Position numbers and translations under genes: made by a program. A DNA stretch of 64,000 nt from Escherichia coli. Lineage in GTDB: Bacteria > Pseudomonadota > Gammaproteobacteria > Enterobacterales > Enterobacteriaceae. The notes under the pieces were generated by a model. That model searched no databases. It saw only the letters and a list, made by a program, of their open reading frames with translations, and was not told the origin of the DNA. Below are positions 34,987 to 49,305 of the stretch, one piece after another; the stretch's first letter is position 1; every line of letters begins with the position of its first letter. Location: assembly GCF_003334385.1 (NCBI RefSeq), contig NZ_QOWN01000025.1, one strand, 5' to 3'.

Positions 34987-36386
34987 ACACTCGCCAGCTA
35001 TTGAGCGTCGGTATCGATATCGGCACCACCACCACCCAGGTGATTTTCTCCCGGCTGGAGCTGGTTAACCGTGCGGCGGTGTCGCAGGTGCCGCGCTACG
35101 AATTCATTAAACGCGAAATTAGCTGGCAAAGTCCGGTGTTCTTTACCCCTGTCGATAAACAGGGCGGTTTAAAAGAAGCGGAACTGAAAACCTTAATACT
35201 CGAGCAATATCATGCTGCGGGTATTGAGCCGGAAAGCGTTGATTCTGGTGCCATCATCATCACCGGTGAAAGCGCGAAAACCCGCAATGCTCGCCCGGCG
35301 GTGATGGCGCTCTCTCAGTCGCTGGGCGATTTTGTCGTTGCCAGCGCCGGGCCGCACCTCGAATCCGTGATCGCCGGTCACGGAGCCGGGGCACAAACCC
35401 TTTCTGAACAACGGCTGTGTCGGGTACTGAATATCGACATCGGCGGTGGCACCGCGAACTACGCCCTGTTCGATGCCGGAAAAATCAGCGGCACTGCCTG
35501 CCTCAACGTCGGTGGTCGCCTGCTGGAAACCGACAGCCACGGGCGCGTGGTTTACGCTCATAAACCGGGGCAGATGATTGTGGATGAGTGCTTCGGTGCA
35601 GGCACCGACGCCCGTTCGCTGACCGGCGCGCAGCTGGTGCAGGTGACCCGGCGGATGGCAGAACTGATTGTCGAAGTGATTGACGGAACGCTCTCACCGC
35701 TCGCGCAGGCATTGATGCAAACCGGTTTGCTGCCCGCAGGTGTTACGCCCGAAATCATTACGCTTTCTGGCGGCGTGGGCGAATGTTATCGCCACCAGCC
35801 CGCCGACCCGTTCTGTTTTGCCGATATTGGCCCGCTGCTGGCAACTGCGCTGCATGACCATCCGCGCCTGCGTGAGATGAACGTACAGTTTCCGGCGCAA
35901 ACCGTGCGCGCCACGGTGATTGGCGCGGGCGCGCATACCCTTTCGCTCTCTGGCAGCACAATCTGGCTTGAGGGCGTACAACTGCCGCTGCGCAATTTGC
36001 CGGTGGCGATCCCGATTGATGAAACGGATCTGGTGGGGGCCTGGCAACAGGCGCTGATTCAGCTGGATCTTGATCCCAAAACTGACGCGTACGTGCTGGC
36101 GCTTCCCGCCTCGCTGCCTGTGCGTTACGCCGCGGTACTGACGGTCATCAACGCGTTGGTCGATTTCGTCGCGCGTTTTCCGAATCCGCATCCCCTGCTG
36201 GTGGTGGCCGGGCAGGACTTTGGTAAAGCTCTGGGCATGTTGTTGCGCCCACAGCTACAACAACTCCCGTTGGCAGTCATTGACGAAGTGATTGTCCGCG
36301 CGGGGGACTATATCGACATTGGTACGCCTCTTTTTGGCGGATCGGTTGTGCCGGTGACGGTGAAATCACTCGCATTTCCTTCCTGA
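34983..36386 (+). CDS. eutA: ethanolamine ammonia-lyase reactivase EutA
   Basis: 467 aa; 4-nt overlap with eutH. Confidence 0.9.
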   Translation: MNTRQLLSVGIDIGTTTTQVIFSRLELVNRAAVSQVPRYEFIKREISWQSPVFFTPVDKQGGLKEAELKTLILEQYHAAGIEPESVDSGAIIITGESAKTRNARPAVMALSQSLGDFVVASAGPHLESVIAGHGAGAQTLSEQRLCRVLNIDIGGGTANYALFDAGKISGTACLNVGGRLLETDSHGRVVYAHKPGQMIVDECFGAGTDARSLTGAQLVQVTRRMAELIVEVIDGTLSPLAQALMQTGLLPAGVTPEIITLSGGVGECYRHQPADPFCFADIGPLLATALHDHPRLREMNVQFPAQTVRATVIGAGAHTLSLSGSTIWLEGVQLPLRNLPVAIPIDETDLVGAWQQALIQLDLDPKTDAYVLALPASLPVRYAAVLTVINALVDFVARFPNPHPLLVVAGQDFGKALGMLLRPQLQQLPLAVIDEVIVRAGDYIDIGTPLFGGSVVPVTVKSLAFPS

Positions 36387-36397
36387 GGGAACGACTT

Positions 36398-37760
36398 ATG
36401 AAACTAAAGACCACATTGTTCGGCAATGTATATCAGTTTAAGGATGTAAAAGAGGTGCTGGCTAAAGCCAACGAACTGCGTTCGGGGGATGTGCTGGCGG
36501 GCGTCGCAGCGGCAAGCTCACAGGAGCGCGTGGCGGCAAAGCAGGTGTTGTCGGAAATGACCGTAGCGGACATCCGCAATAATCCGGTGATTGCCTATGA
36601 AGATGACTGCGTGACGCGGCTGATTCAGGACGATGTTAACGAAACGGCCTACAACCAGATTAAAAACTGGAGCATCAGCGAACTGCGTGAGTATGTGCTG
36701 AGCGATGAAACCAGCGTGGACGACATTGCCTTTACCCGCAAAGGGCTGACCTCGGAAGTGGTCGCGGCGGTAGCGAAGATTTGCTCCAACGCGGACCTGA
36801 TCTACGGCGCGAAGAAAATGCCGGTAATCAAAAAGGCCAATACCACCATCGGTATTCCGGGCACCTTTAGCGCCCGTTTGCAGCCAAATGACACCCGTGA
36901 CGACGTGCAAAGTATCGCCGCGCAAATCTACGAAGGGCTTTCCTTCGGGGTGGGCGATGCGGTGATCGGCGTTAACCCGGTGACTGACGACGTGGAAAAC
37001 TTAAGCCGCGTGTTGGATACCATCTATGGCGTGATCGACAAATTCAACATCCCAACTCAGGGCTGTGTACTGGCGCACGTCACCACCCAGATCGAAGCGA
37101 TCCGTCGTGGCGCACCGGGCGGGCTGATTTTCCAGAGTATCTGTGGCAGCGAAAAAGGGCTGAAAGAGTTTGGCGTGGAGCTGGCGATGCTCGACGAAGC
37201 GCGCGCAGTGGGCGCGGAGTTCAACCGTATCGCCGGGGGAAAACTGCCTCTACTTCGAAACCGGACAAGGCTCTGCGCTATCCGCTGGCGCTAACTTCGG
37301 CGCAGACCAGGTAACGATGGAAGCACGTAACTACGGGCTGGCGCGTCATTACGATCCGTTTATCGTCAACACCGTGGTCGGCTTTATTGGGCCGGAGTAT
37401 CTCTACAACGACCGCCAGATTATCCGTGCTGGCTTAGAAGATCACTTTATGGGCAAGCTGAGCGGCATCTCTATGGGCTGTGACTGCTGTTATACCAACC
37501 ACGCTGACGCTGACCAGAACCTCAACGAAAACCTGATGATCCTGCTCGCCACCGCAGGCTGCAACTACATCATGGGGATGCCGCTGGGTGATGACATCAT
37601 GCTCAACTACCAGACCACCGCATTCCACGATACCGCCACTGTGCGTCAGTTACTCAACCTGCGCCCGTCACCGGAGTTTGAACGCTGGCTGGAAAGCATG
37701 GGCATTATGGCAAACGGTCGCCTGACCAAACGGGCGGGCGATCCGTCACTGTTCTTCTGA
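36398..37760 (+). pseudogene. eutB: ethanolamine ammonia-lyase heavy chain, disrupted by a +1 frameshift
   Basis: Track splits EutB into 36398..37294 (298 aa) and 37170..37760 (196 aa). Frames switch at the G5 run 37235..37239: upstream frame reads ...FNRIAGG then nonsense; downstream frame reads ...SPGENCLYFETGQGS. Total span is 1363 nt, i.e. 454 codons plus one extra base. Confidence 0.8.
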
Positions 37761-37780
37761 TGACGCGGAGATAACATATC

Positions 37781-38668
37781 ATGGATCAAAAACAGATTGA
37801 AGAAATTGTACGCAGCGTGATGGCGTCAATGGGACAAGCGGCCCCCGCGCCGTCAGAAGCAAAGTGCGCCACCACCAACTGTGCGGCACCGGTGACCTCG
37901 GAAAGCTGTGCGCTGGATTTAGGTTCCGCTGAAGCAAAAGCGTGGATTGGTGTTGAAAATCCGCATCGCGCAGACGTATTAACAGAACTGCGCCGCAGCA
38001 CCGTGGCCCGCGTTTGTACCGGTCGTGCCGGTCCGCGTCCACGTACGCAGGCGCTGCTGCGTTTCCTGGCCGATCACTCTCGTTCGAAAGATACCGTACT
38101 GAAAGAAGTGCCGGAAGAGTGGGTGAAAGCGCAGGGCTTGCTGGAAGTACGCTCTGAAATTAGCGACAAAAATCTCTACCTGACTCGCCCGGATATGGGC
38201 CGCCGCCTGTGTGCAGAAGCTGTTGAAGCGCTGAAAGCGCAGTGTGTTGCCAATCCGGACGTACAGGTCGTTATTTCTGATGGCCTGTCAACTGATGCGA
38301 TCACCGTGAACTACGAAGAGATCCTGCCACCGCTGATGGCGGGCCTGAAACAGGCCGGGCTGAAAGTCGGTACACCATTCTTTGTTCGTTATGGTCGCGT
38401 GAAGATTGAAGATCAGATCGGTGAGATCCTCGGCGCGAAAGTAGTGATCCTGCTGGTGGGCGAACGTCCGGGGTTGGGTCAGTCAGAAAGCCTCTCCTGC
38501 TACGCCGTTTACTCGCCGCGTATGGCGACCACCGTTGAGGCCGATCGCACCTGTATCTCTAACATTCACCAGGGCGGCACGCCGCCGGTTGAAGCCGCAG
38601 CCGTCATTGTGGATTTGGCGAAACGTATGCTGGAGCAGAAAGCATCCGGCATCAACATGACCCGATAA
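37781..38668 (+). CDS. eutC: ethanolamine ammonia-lyase light chain
   Basis: 295 aa; N-terminal [17 protein letters not shown] amphipathic targeting-peptide-like segment. Confidence 0.9.
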
Positions 38669-38677
38669 GGAGGCATC

Positions 38678-39337
38678 ATGCCAGCTTTAGATTTGATTCG
38701 ACCGTCTGTCACCGCTATGCGGGTGATTGCCTCCGTTAACGCCGATTTTGCGCGTGAACTGAAATTGCCGCCGCATATTCGTAGCCTCGGTCTGATTTCT
38801 GCCGACTCCGATGACGTCACCTACATTGCCGCTGATGAAGCGACCAAGCAGGCGATGGTGGAAGTGGTGTATGGCCGCTCGCTATATGCGGGCGCTGCAC
38901 ACGGCCCGTCACCGACTGCCGGTGAAGTGCTGATTATGCTTGGTGGGCCAAACCCGGCGGAAGTGCGTGCAGGTCTGGATGCGATGATTGCGCATATTGA
39001 AAATGGCGCAGCTTTCCAGTGGGCTAATGACGCGCAAGATACGGCATTCCTGGCACATGTAGTTTCGCGTACCGGTTCTTATCTCTCATCAACCGCCGGG
39101 ATCACGCTTGGCGATCCGATGGCGTATCTGGTGGCACCGCCGCTGGAAGCGACCTATGGCATTGATGCAGCCCTGAAGTCTGCCGACGTACAGCTGGCGA
39201 CCTATGTCCCGCCACCGTCTGAAACCAACTACTCGGCAGCATTTTTAACCGGTAGCCAGGCAGCGTGTAAAGCAGCCTGTAACGCCTTTACCGATGCAGT
39301 GCTGGAAATCGCGCGTAATCCAATCCAGCGTGCGTAA
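38678..39337 (+). CDS. eutL: microcompartment shell protein EutL (tandem BMC)
   Basis: 219 aa. Confidence 0.9.
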   Translation: MPALDLIRPSVTAMRVIASVNADFARELKLPPHIRSLGLISADSDDVTYIAADEATKQAMVEVVYGRSLYAGAAHGPSPTAGEVLIMLGGPNPAEVRAGLDAMIAHIENGAAFQWANDAQDTAFLAHVVSRTGSYLSSTAGITLGDPMAYLVAPPLEATYGIDAALKSADVQLATYVPPPSETNYSAAFLTGSQAACKAACNAFTDAVLEIARNPIQRA

Positions 39338-39349
39338 CGGAGGTTGCCG

Positions 39350-39850
39350 ATGATCAATGCACTGGGATTGCTGGAAGTGGACGGCATGGTCGCCGCGATA
39401 GATGCAGCGGATGCCATGCTCAAAGCAGCTAACGTTCGTCTGCTCAGTCACGAAGTGCTTGACCCTGGTCGCTTAACGCTGGTGGTGGAAGGCGATCTGG
39501 CGGCGTGTCGTGCGGCGCTGGACGCAGGTTGTGCTGCCGCGATGCGTACCGGGCGTGTCATCAGCCGCAAGGAGATCGGTCGGCCAGACGATGACACCCA
39601 GTGGCTGGTTACTGGCTTTAACCGCCAGCCGAAGCAACCCGTAAGGGAACCCGACGCGCCAGTTATCGTCGCGGAATCTGCTGACGAGTTGTTGGCGCTG
39701 TTAACATCAGTACGTCAGGGAATGACGGCAGGAGAAGTGGCTGCCCACTTTGGCTGGCCGCTGGAAAAAGCCAGAAATGCGCTCGAACAGCTCTTTTCTG
39801 CCGGGACGTTACGTAAACGCAGTAGTCGTTATCGTCTCAAGCCCCATTAA
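39350..39850 (+). CDS. eutK: microcompartment shell protein EutK (BMC plus C-terminal HTH-like domain)
   Basis: ORF 39344..39850; ATG 39350 gives MINALGLLEVDGMVAAIDAADAMLKAA (166 aa). Confidence 0.85.
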   Translation: MINALGLLEVDGMVAAIDAADAMLKAANVRLLSHEVLDPGRLTLVVEGDLAACRAALDAGCAAAMRTGRVISRKEIGRPDDDTQWLVTGFNRQPKQPVREPDAPVIVAESADELLALLTSVRQGMTAGEVAAHFGWPLEKARNALEQLFSAGTLRKRSSRYRLKPH

Positions 39851-39895
39851 CCTGTCGGAGGTGCCGGGTGTCCTACAACACCCGGCATTAACATC

Positions 39896-40948
39896 ATGAA
39901 AAAGACCCGTACAGCCAATTTGCACCATCTTTATCATGAACCCTTACCCGAAAACCTGAAGCTCACGCCGAAGGTCGAAGTGGATAATGTTCATCAACGA
40001 CAGACAACGGATGTCTATGAACATGCTTTAACGATTACCGCCTGGCAGCAGATTTACGATCAGCTGCATCCGGGCAAGTTTCATGGTGAATTTACGGAAA
40101 TTCTACTCGATGATATTCAGGTTTTTCGTGAATACACCGGTCTGGCGCTGCGTCAGTCGTGCCTGGTCTGGCCGAACTCGTTCTGGTTTGGCATTCCGGC
40201 GACGCGCGGTGAGCAGGGATTTATCGGTTCGCAATGTCTGGGAAGCGCGGAAATCGCCACCCGCCCTGGTGGCACTGAATTTGAACTGAGCACGCCGGAT
40301 GATTACACGATCCTGGGCGTGGTGCTTTCTGAAGATGTCATCACCCGGCAGGCTAACTTTTTGCATAACCCGGATCGGGTATTACATATGTTGCGTAACC
40401 AGTCGGCGCTGGAAGTGAAAGAGCAGCATAAAGCCGCGCTGTGGGGCTTTGTCCAACAGGCGCTGGCGACGTTTTGCGAGAATCCGGAAAATCTCCATCA
40501 GCCTGCAGTGCGAAAAGTGCTGGGGGATAATTTGCTAATGGCGATGGGGGCCATGCTGGAAGAAGCGCAACCAATGGTGACGGCGGAAAGCATCAGTCAT
40601 CAGAGTTACCGTCGATTGCTTTCCCGCGCCCGTGAATATGTGCTGGAAAACATGTCCGAACCGGTGACGGTGCTGGATTTGTGTAATCAACTGCATGTCA
40701 GCCGCCGCACGCTACAAAACGCGTTTCACGCTATTTTAGGCATTGGCCCGAACGCGTGGCTGAAACGCATTCGCCTGAACGCCGTACGCCGCGAACTGAT
40801 AAGTCCGTGGTCGCAAAGTATGACGGTAAAAGACGCCGCCATGCAGTGGGGATTCTGGCATCTGGGGCAATTTGCCACGGATTACCAGCAGCTGTTTTCC
40901 GAGAAGCCGTCACTGACGCTGCATCAGCGGATGCGGGAGTGGGGGTGA
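39896..40948 (+). CDS. eutR: AraC-family transcriptional activator of the eut operon
   Basis: 350 aa; C-terminal AraC HTH; last gene of the cluster. Confidence 0.9.
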
Positions 40949-40953
40949 GGGAG

Positions 40954-41856
<903 letters not shown>

Positions 41857-42726
41857 TTATCGCTTTTTCGAATGTGCTTTCTGGTTGTCGAACCAGTGGA
41901 AATAACTGATCACGCCTTCAGCAATCGCTGTGGCGATTTTCTGACGAAACGCCGCCGTGCCTAACAGCCGTTCTTCTTCCGGGTTGGTGATAAACGAGGT
42001 TTCCACCAGCACCGAAGGAACCGACGGTGATTTCAACACCACAAATGCCGCTTGTTCGGTGTTGCGGCTGTGCAGTTTATGCACCGGCTTAATCTTCTTC
42101 AGAATATGCGAGCCGAGCGTCAGACTATTTTTAATGGTATCTGTTTGCACCAGATCAAACAGCACTTGTTGCAATAGGTGATCCTTGTCAGTCGCCTTTT
42201 TACCGGCAACTTCATCGGCGCGGTTTTCGCGTTCAGACAGGTATTTCGCCATTGCGCTACTTGCCCCACGGTTAGAGAGGGCAAATACCGAAGCACCGGC
42301 AGCTTTCGGGTTGGTAAAGCCATCGGCATGAATTGACATAAACAGATCTGCGCCATGTTTATGGGCGATTTCAACGCGATCGTAAAGTGGGATAAACGTA
42401 TCGCCAGAACGCGTTAAACGCGCATCAATCCCATGATTACGCAAAATGGAACGGACGTTTTTAGCAATCGCCAGCACCACATGTTTTTCTTTCGAACCGT
42501 TGCGTCCGATCGCTCCGGTATCAATTCCGCCGTGACCTGGATCGAGAACAACGACACGTTTGCCGCCAGATTTTTTGGCTTTCGGCTTGCTGTGTCCGTT
42601 GCTGGTTTTTAAAAGTTCGTCTTTGGCGATGGCTTGCGACATTCCTGACAACGTCAGGGCAGCCAAACCGGCTTTCAGCACCTGGCGGCGCGAAGTGAGT
42701 GTTTTTAGTGGTTTAAAAGTGCTCAT
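41857..42726 (-). CDS. amiA: N-acetylmuramoyl-L-alanine amidase A
   Basis: 289 aa; Tat-type signal (SRRQVLKAGLAALTL); Amidase_3 domain. Confidence 0.9.
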   Translation of the reverse strand: MSTFKPLKTLTSRRQVLKAGLAALTLSGMSQAIAKDELLKTSNGHSKPKAKKSGGKRVVVLDPGHGGIDTGAIGRNGSKEKHVVLAIAKNVRSILRNHGIDARLTRSGDTFIPLYDRVEIAHKHGADLFMSIHADGFTNPKAAGASVFALSNRGASSAMAKYLSERENRADEVAGKKATDKDHLLQQVLFDLVQTDTIKNSLTLGSHILKKIKPVHKLHSRNTEQAAFVVLKSPSVPSVLVETSFITNPEEERLLGTAAFRQKIATAIAEGVISYFHWFDNQKAHSKKR

Positions 42727-42939
42727 ACGGCCTGAGTTGTAATAATAAAGTTCCAGATGTTATATCGTATCGCGTAATCCGTTACGACGGTTTGCTGTTG
42801 AGAATTGTTTTACTTTTCATTTCAATAGTTGACAACTCCCCATTATGCCACTTTTTCAACCGATTTTCGTCAGATATTGGCTAATTCGACCGTTCACGCC
42901 ATAATCAGCCTTTTAACCCGCAAAAAGGTAACGAATACC

Positions 42940-43365
42940 ATGGAGATACGCGTATTTCGCCAGGAAGATTTCGAAGAGGTCATCACCCTTTGGGAGCGTT
43001 GCGACTTGCTGCGTCCGTGGAACGATCCGGAAATGGACATCGAGCGTAAGATGAACCATGACGTCAGTTTGTTTTTGGTCGCTGAGGTAAACGGTGACGT
43101 GGTCGGAACGGTGATGGGCGGTTATGACGGGCATCGCGGGTCTGCTTATTATCTTGGCGTGCATCCAGAGTTTCGTGGGCGTGGGATTGCCAATGCGTTG
43201 CTTAATCGGCTGGAGAAAAAGCTGATTGCTCGTGGCTGCCCGAAAATTCAGATCAATGTGCCGGAAGATAACGACATGGTGCTCGGAATGTATGAACGCC
43301 TGGGATATGAACACGCCGACGTGCTGAGTCTGGGTAAGCGTTTGATTGAAGATGAAGAGTACTGA
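42940..43365 (+). CDS. ypeA: GNAT-family acetyltransferase YpeA
   Basis: ORF 42829..43365; ATG 42940 gives [14 protein letters not shown] (141 aa). Confidence 0.85.
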   Translation: MEIRVFRQEDFEEVITLWERCDLLRPWNDPEMDIERKMNHDVSLFLVAEVNGDVVGTVMGGYDGHRGSAYYLGVHPEFRGRGIANALLNRLEKKLIARGCPKIQINVPEDNDMVLGMYERLGYEHADVLSLGKRLIEDEEY

Positions 43366-43801
43366 GTTTCATCCTGTCCATTATGATGCGCACGGTCGCC
43401 TGCGTTTACCCTTGCTCTTCTGGCTTGTGCTATTGCTTCAGGCGCGAACCTGGGTGCTGTTTGTCATTGCCGGTGCGTCGCGCGAGCAGGGTACTGCGCT
43501 GCTAAATCTGTTTTATCCCGATCACGATAATTTCTGGCTGGGGCTGATTCCTGGCATTCCGGCGGTGCTGGCGTTTTTGTTGAGCGGTCGGCGGGCTACG
43601 TTTCCTCGCACCTGGCGTGTACTCTATTTTCTGTTGCTGTTGGCGCAGGTGGTTTTACTTTGCTGGCAACCGTGGCTGTGGCTGAACGGTGAATCCGTTA
43701 GCGGTATCGGTCTGGCGCTGGTAGTGGCGGATATTGTGGCGTTAATCTGGCTGCTGACCAATCGACGTTTACGCGCTTGTTTTAATGAAGTAAAAGAATA
43801 A
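43352..43801 (+). CDS. yfeZ: inner membrane protein YfeZ
   Basis: ATG 43352 ([15 protein letters not shown], 149 aa); hydrophobic helices; overlaps ypeA 3' end by 14 nt. Confidence 0.8.
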   Translation: MKSTEFHPVHYDAHGRLRLPLLFWLVLLLQARTWVLFVIAGASREQGTALLNLFYPDHDNFWLGLIPGIPAVLAFLLSGRRATFPRTWRVLYFLLLLAQVVLLCWQPWLWLNGESVSGIGLALVVADIVALIWLLTNRRLRACFNEVKE

Positions 43802-43861
43802 CGGCACTTTTTGGTGAATTTGCACTCCAAGCAACGTTATTGAATAACCAAAGGAAGTGAC

Positions 43862-44437
43862 ATGAAATCGCTGCGTTTAATGTTATGCGCTATGCCATTG
43901 ATGCTGACCGGCTGTTCCACGATGTCGTCAGTTAACTGGTCTGCCGCTAACCCGTGGAACTGGTTTGGGTCGTCCACCAAAGTGAGCGAGCAGGGCGTGG
44001 GTGAATTAACGGCGTCCACACCACTGCAAGAACAAGCCATTGCCGATGCGCTTGATGGCGATTATCGCCTGCGCAGCGGAATGAAAACCGCGAACGGCAA
44101 CGTGGTGCGCTTTTTTGAAGTGATGAAGGGCGACAACGTGGCGATGGTGATTAACGGCGATCAAGGCACGATCAGTCGCATTGACGTGCTGGATAGCGAT
44201 ATTCCTGCTGACACCGGTGTTAAAATCGGTACACCGTTTAGCGACCTTTACAGCAAAGCATTTGGCAATTGCCAAAAAGCTGATGGTGATGATAATCGTG
44301 CCGTCGAATGTAAAGCCGAAGGCAGTCAACATATTAGCTACCAGTTCAGCGGGGAATGGCGTGGTCCTGAAGGGTTAATGCCTTCGGACGATACCCTGAA
44401 AAACTGGAAAGTCAGTAAAATTATCTGGCGGCGTTAA
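43862..44437 (+). CDS. yfeY: lipoprotein YfeY (DUF1131)
   Basis: 191 aa; lipobox LTGCS. Confidence 0.85.
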   Translation: MKSLRLMLCAMPLMLTGCSTMSSVNWSAANPWNWFGSSTKVSEQGVGELTASTPLQEQAIADALDGDYRLRSGMKTANGNVVRFFEVMKGDNVAMVINGDQGTISRIDVLDSDIPADTGVKIGTPFSDLYSKAFGNCQKADGDDNRAVECKAEGSQHISYQFSGEWRGPEGLMPSDDTLKNWKVSKIIWRR

Positions 44438-44448
44438 TTTGCGTCTGA

Positions 44449-45432
<984 letters not shown>

Positions 45433-45512
45433 GCGTTTCTGATTCATTGATTAAAGGCCAGGCAGTAACATTACTGACTGGCCTCAGATTGTTGACCAAG
45501 TGCGCGTTGTAC

Positions 45513-45628
45513 ACGCCGGATGCGGCGTGAACGCCTTATCCGGCCTACGAAATCGTGCTAATTCAATATATTGTGGGCTCCACGTAGGCCTGATAAGCGT
45601 AGCGCATCAGGCAGTTTTGCGTTTGTCA
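45513..45628. repeat. REP-linker-REP (RIP/BIME-like) element, copy A
   Basis: GCCGGATGCGGCGTGAACGCCTTATCCGGCCTAC - AAATCGTGCTAATTCAATATATTG - GTAGGCCTGATAAGCGTAGCGCATCAGGC; flanked by near-identical 21-nt hairpin motifs at 45463..45483 and 45645..45665. Confidence 0.7.
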
Positions 45629-45671
45629 GCACTCTCAGACCAGCCAGTAACATTACTGACTGGCCTTTTTA

Positions 45672-46976
45672 TTACTTCTGCTTTAACGCCGCATACACCT
45701 GATCAACTACCCAACCATAAGTTGCAATCGGCAACTGACCGCTTTCGAACATATTGGGATTCTTTTGCGGATCGGCAACCGGCGAATGTGGCTTGTTGCT
45801 TAACATCACAATCGTCATATGATTCACCGGATCGATAACGGTCACCGTTCCGGTCCAGCCAGTGTGACCGTAGGTTTGCGGGCTTGCCAGCGTGCCAAAC
45901 GTCGGCGTCATGGTGGCATTACCATTCACGCGCCAGCCGAGGCCAAAAGTGGCATCTTCCTTAGAGCTGGTGGTGAACATCTTCACCGTTTCCGCATTGA
46001 ACAGCTGCACATCACCATAGCCCCCGCCGTTCAGCATCGTTTGCATTAACACCGCAATATCGCCGGTATTGGAAAACAAACCTGCGTGCCCGGAAACGCC
46101 GCCCATCGAATAAAAGGCTTTTTCATCGTGCACCTGACCCCAGAGAGTGGAGGTGCGGATATTCGGGAAATGGATCACGCCATCGCGGGTATTGCCGTTC
46201 AATTCCGTGGCGGCAATTTGTTGCGGTTTAAAGCCTTTCAGCAGCGGGTTAAATACCGTATGTGTCAGGCCGAGCGGGCGATAAATCGACTCTTCAACAT
46301 AGCGGTCAAGCGGCTGACCGGTAACCGACTCGACGATAAATCCAAGCAGCATATAATCGACATCGCTGTAGATATGTTTGCTGCCGGGCTGATATTCCAG
46401 CGGCGTGCGCTTGATCATCTCCAGCGTCTGGCCTTTATCCTGGGAATATAACGCGCCCGCGACCGCTTTATTCGGGTATTGCGGATCTGCCGGGAAACCG
46501 CCGCTGTGATGCAGCAGGTCAGAAATCCGCAGGGTGTTTTTGCCTTTAATGGTGTCATTTGGACTATCGGCAAACCCCGGAATATATTTCGCAATCCGAT
46601 CGTCAGGATGCAGTTTGCCTTCGCTCATCAGCTTTTGCAGGGCGAAGTTCGTGGCGTACATTTTGGTGTTTGAGGCCAGGTCATACAGCGTCCCGGTGGT
46701 GGCTTTGACAGGCTGTTCCATCAACACGCTGCCATCGTACTTTTTCGCCGCTCCCCAGGCTTTGCGATACACAATCTGATTATCTTTAATGATCAGCAGG
46801 TTTACGCTGGGATAACCGACATCAACTTGCTGGCTAATCCAGCGATCCATCTGGTTAAGCCGTTCGACGTTAAACCCTGCTTTCTCTGGCGAGCTTTCTG
46901 TCAGAACAGGGTATTTTGCGGCGCTGACGCTACAACTAACAGCCAGCAGAGAAAGATAGAGCATTGTCCGTTTCAT
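45672..46976 (-). CDS. yfeW: penicillin-binding protein 4B (class C beta-lactamase fold)
   Basis: ORF 45672..47063; ATG 46976 gives MKRTMLYLSLLAVSCSVSA (434 aa); SxxK motif (SNTK). Confidence 0.85.
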   Translation of the reverse strand: MKRTMLYLSLLAVSCSVSAAKYPVLTESSPEKAGFNVERLNQMDRWISQQVDVGYPSVNLLIIKDNQIVYRKAWGAAKKYDGSVLMEQPVKATTGTLYDLASNTKMYATNFALQKLMSEGKLHPDDRIAKYIPGFADSPNDTIKGKNTLRISDLLHHSGGFPADPQYPNKAVAGALYSQDKGQTLEMIKRTPLEYQPGSKHIYSDVDYMLLGFIVESVTGQPLDRYVEESIYRPLGLTHTVFNPLLKGFKPQQIAATELNGNTRDGVIHFPNIRTSTLWGQVHDEKAFYSMGGVSGHAGLFSNTGDIAVLMQTMLNGGGYGDVQLFNAETVKMFTTSSKEDATFGLGWRVNGNATMTPTFGTLASPQTYGHTGWTGTVTVIDPVNHMTIVMLSNKPHSPVADPQKNPNMFESGQLPIATYGWVVDQVYAALKQK

Positions 46977-46980
46977 GATA

Positions 46981-48405
<1,425 letters not shown>

Positions 48406-48408
48406 GGG

Positions 48409-49305
48409 TTATTCCTTGTCTAAAACCTGACGAATAAAGCCGCCGTGTTGATCCAGGCGTTTTTTAGCTTCTGCGGCATCGAGATTTTTCAGCACCATCA
48501 CAATGGCCGTTTTACAGTTGCGCTCGCAAGCAATTAACGCCGCTTCCGCTTGCTCTGCGCTACATCCGGTGGCGTTTTTAACAATATTGACCTGTCGCAC
48601 ATGCAGTTTTTCGTTGGTGGCGACCACATCGACCATCAGGTTGCCGAACACTTTGCCGGATTTAATCATCAGCCCGGTGGAAAGCATATTGAGCACCAGT
48701 TTCTGCGCTGTACCTGCTTTCATCCGCGAAGAACCGGTAACAACTTCGGCACCTACAATCGGTGTAATGGCAAACTCAGCGGTGGTTGAAACGGCGCTCC
48801 CCGGATTACAGGAAATTCCCACTGTGCGGCAGCCGAGCTGGCGTGCGTATTCCAGTCCGGCAATCACATACGGCGTGCGACCGCTGGCAGCAATGCCAAC
48901 CACCACATCCTGTGCCGTTAAATTAATATTTTTCAGATCATTAACACCGCCTTCCCGGCTATCTTCCGCGCCTTCCACCGCGTGCTGAATGGCATATTCG
49001 CCGCCAGCAATCAAACCAACCACCAGACCCGGTTTCACGCCGTAGGTGGGCGGACATTCGCTGGCATCCAGAATCCCCAGACGACCGGATGTTCCCGCAC
49101 CGAGGTAAATCAGACGCCCGCCGCCGCTTACCTGGGCGTGGATAACATCGATCGCCGCGGCGATATCCGGCAGTACGCGCTCAACGGCAAGCGGTACGGT
49201 TTTATCTTCATCGTTGATAATCCGGCACATTTCCAGCGTCGATACGCGGTCAATTTCAGCCGAGGCGGTGTTCGAGCCTTCAGTAATCATCTTTTCAAAT
49301 TGCAT
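48409..49305 (-). CDS. murQ: N-acetylmuramic acid 6-phosphate etherase
   Basis: 298 aa SIS-domain protein. Confidence 0.9.

Noticed and set aside
36398-37760. Programmed ribosomal frameshift in eutB
   Set aside because: There is no recognisable slippery heptamer plus stimulatory structure, and the restoring event would be a -1 deletion in a G-run. A mutation or sequencing error is far more likely.
45500-45838. ORFs 45500..45838 (+) and 56403..56585 (-) that share a peptide (AGCGVNALSGL...NRANSIYC...VGLISVAHQAVLRLS)
   Set aside because: The shared peptide is a translation of the duplicated REP-linker-REP repeat, not a conserved protein.
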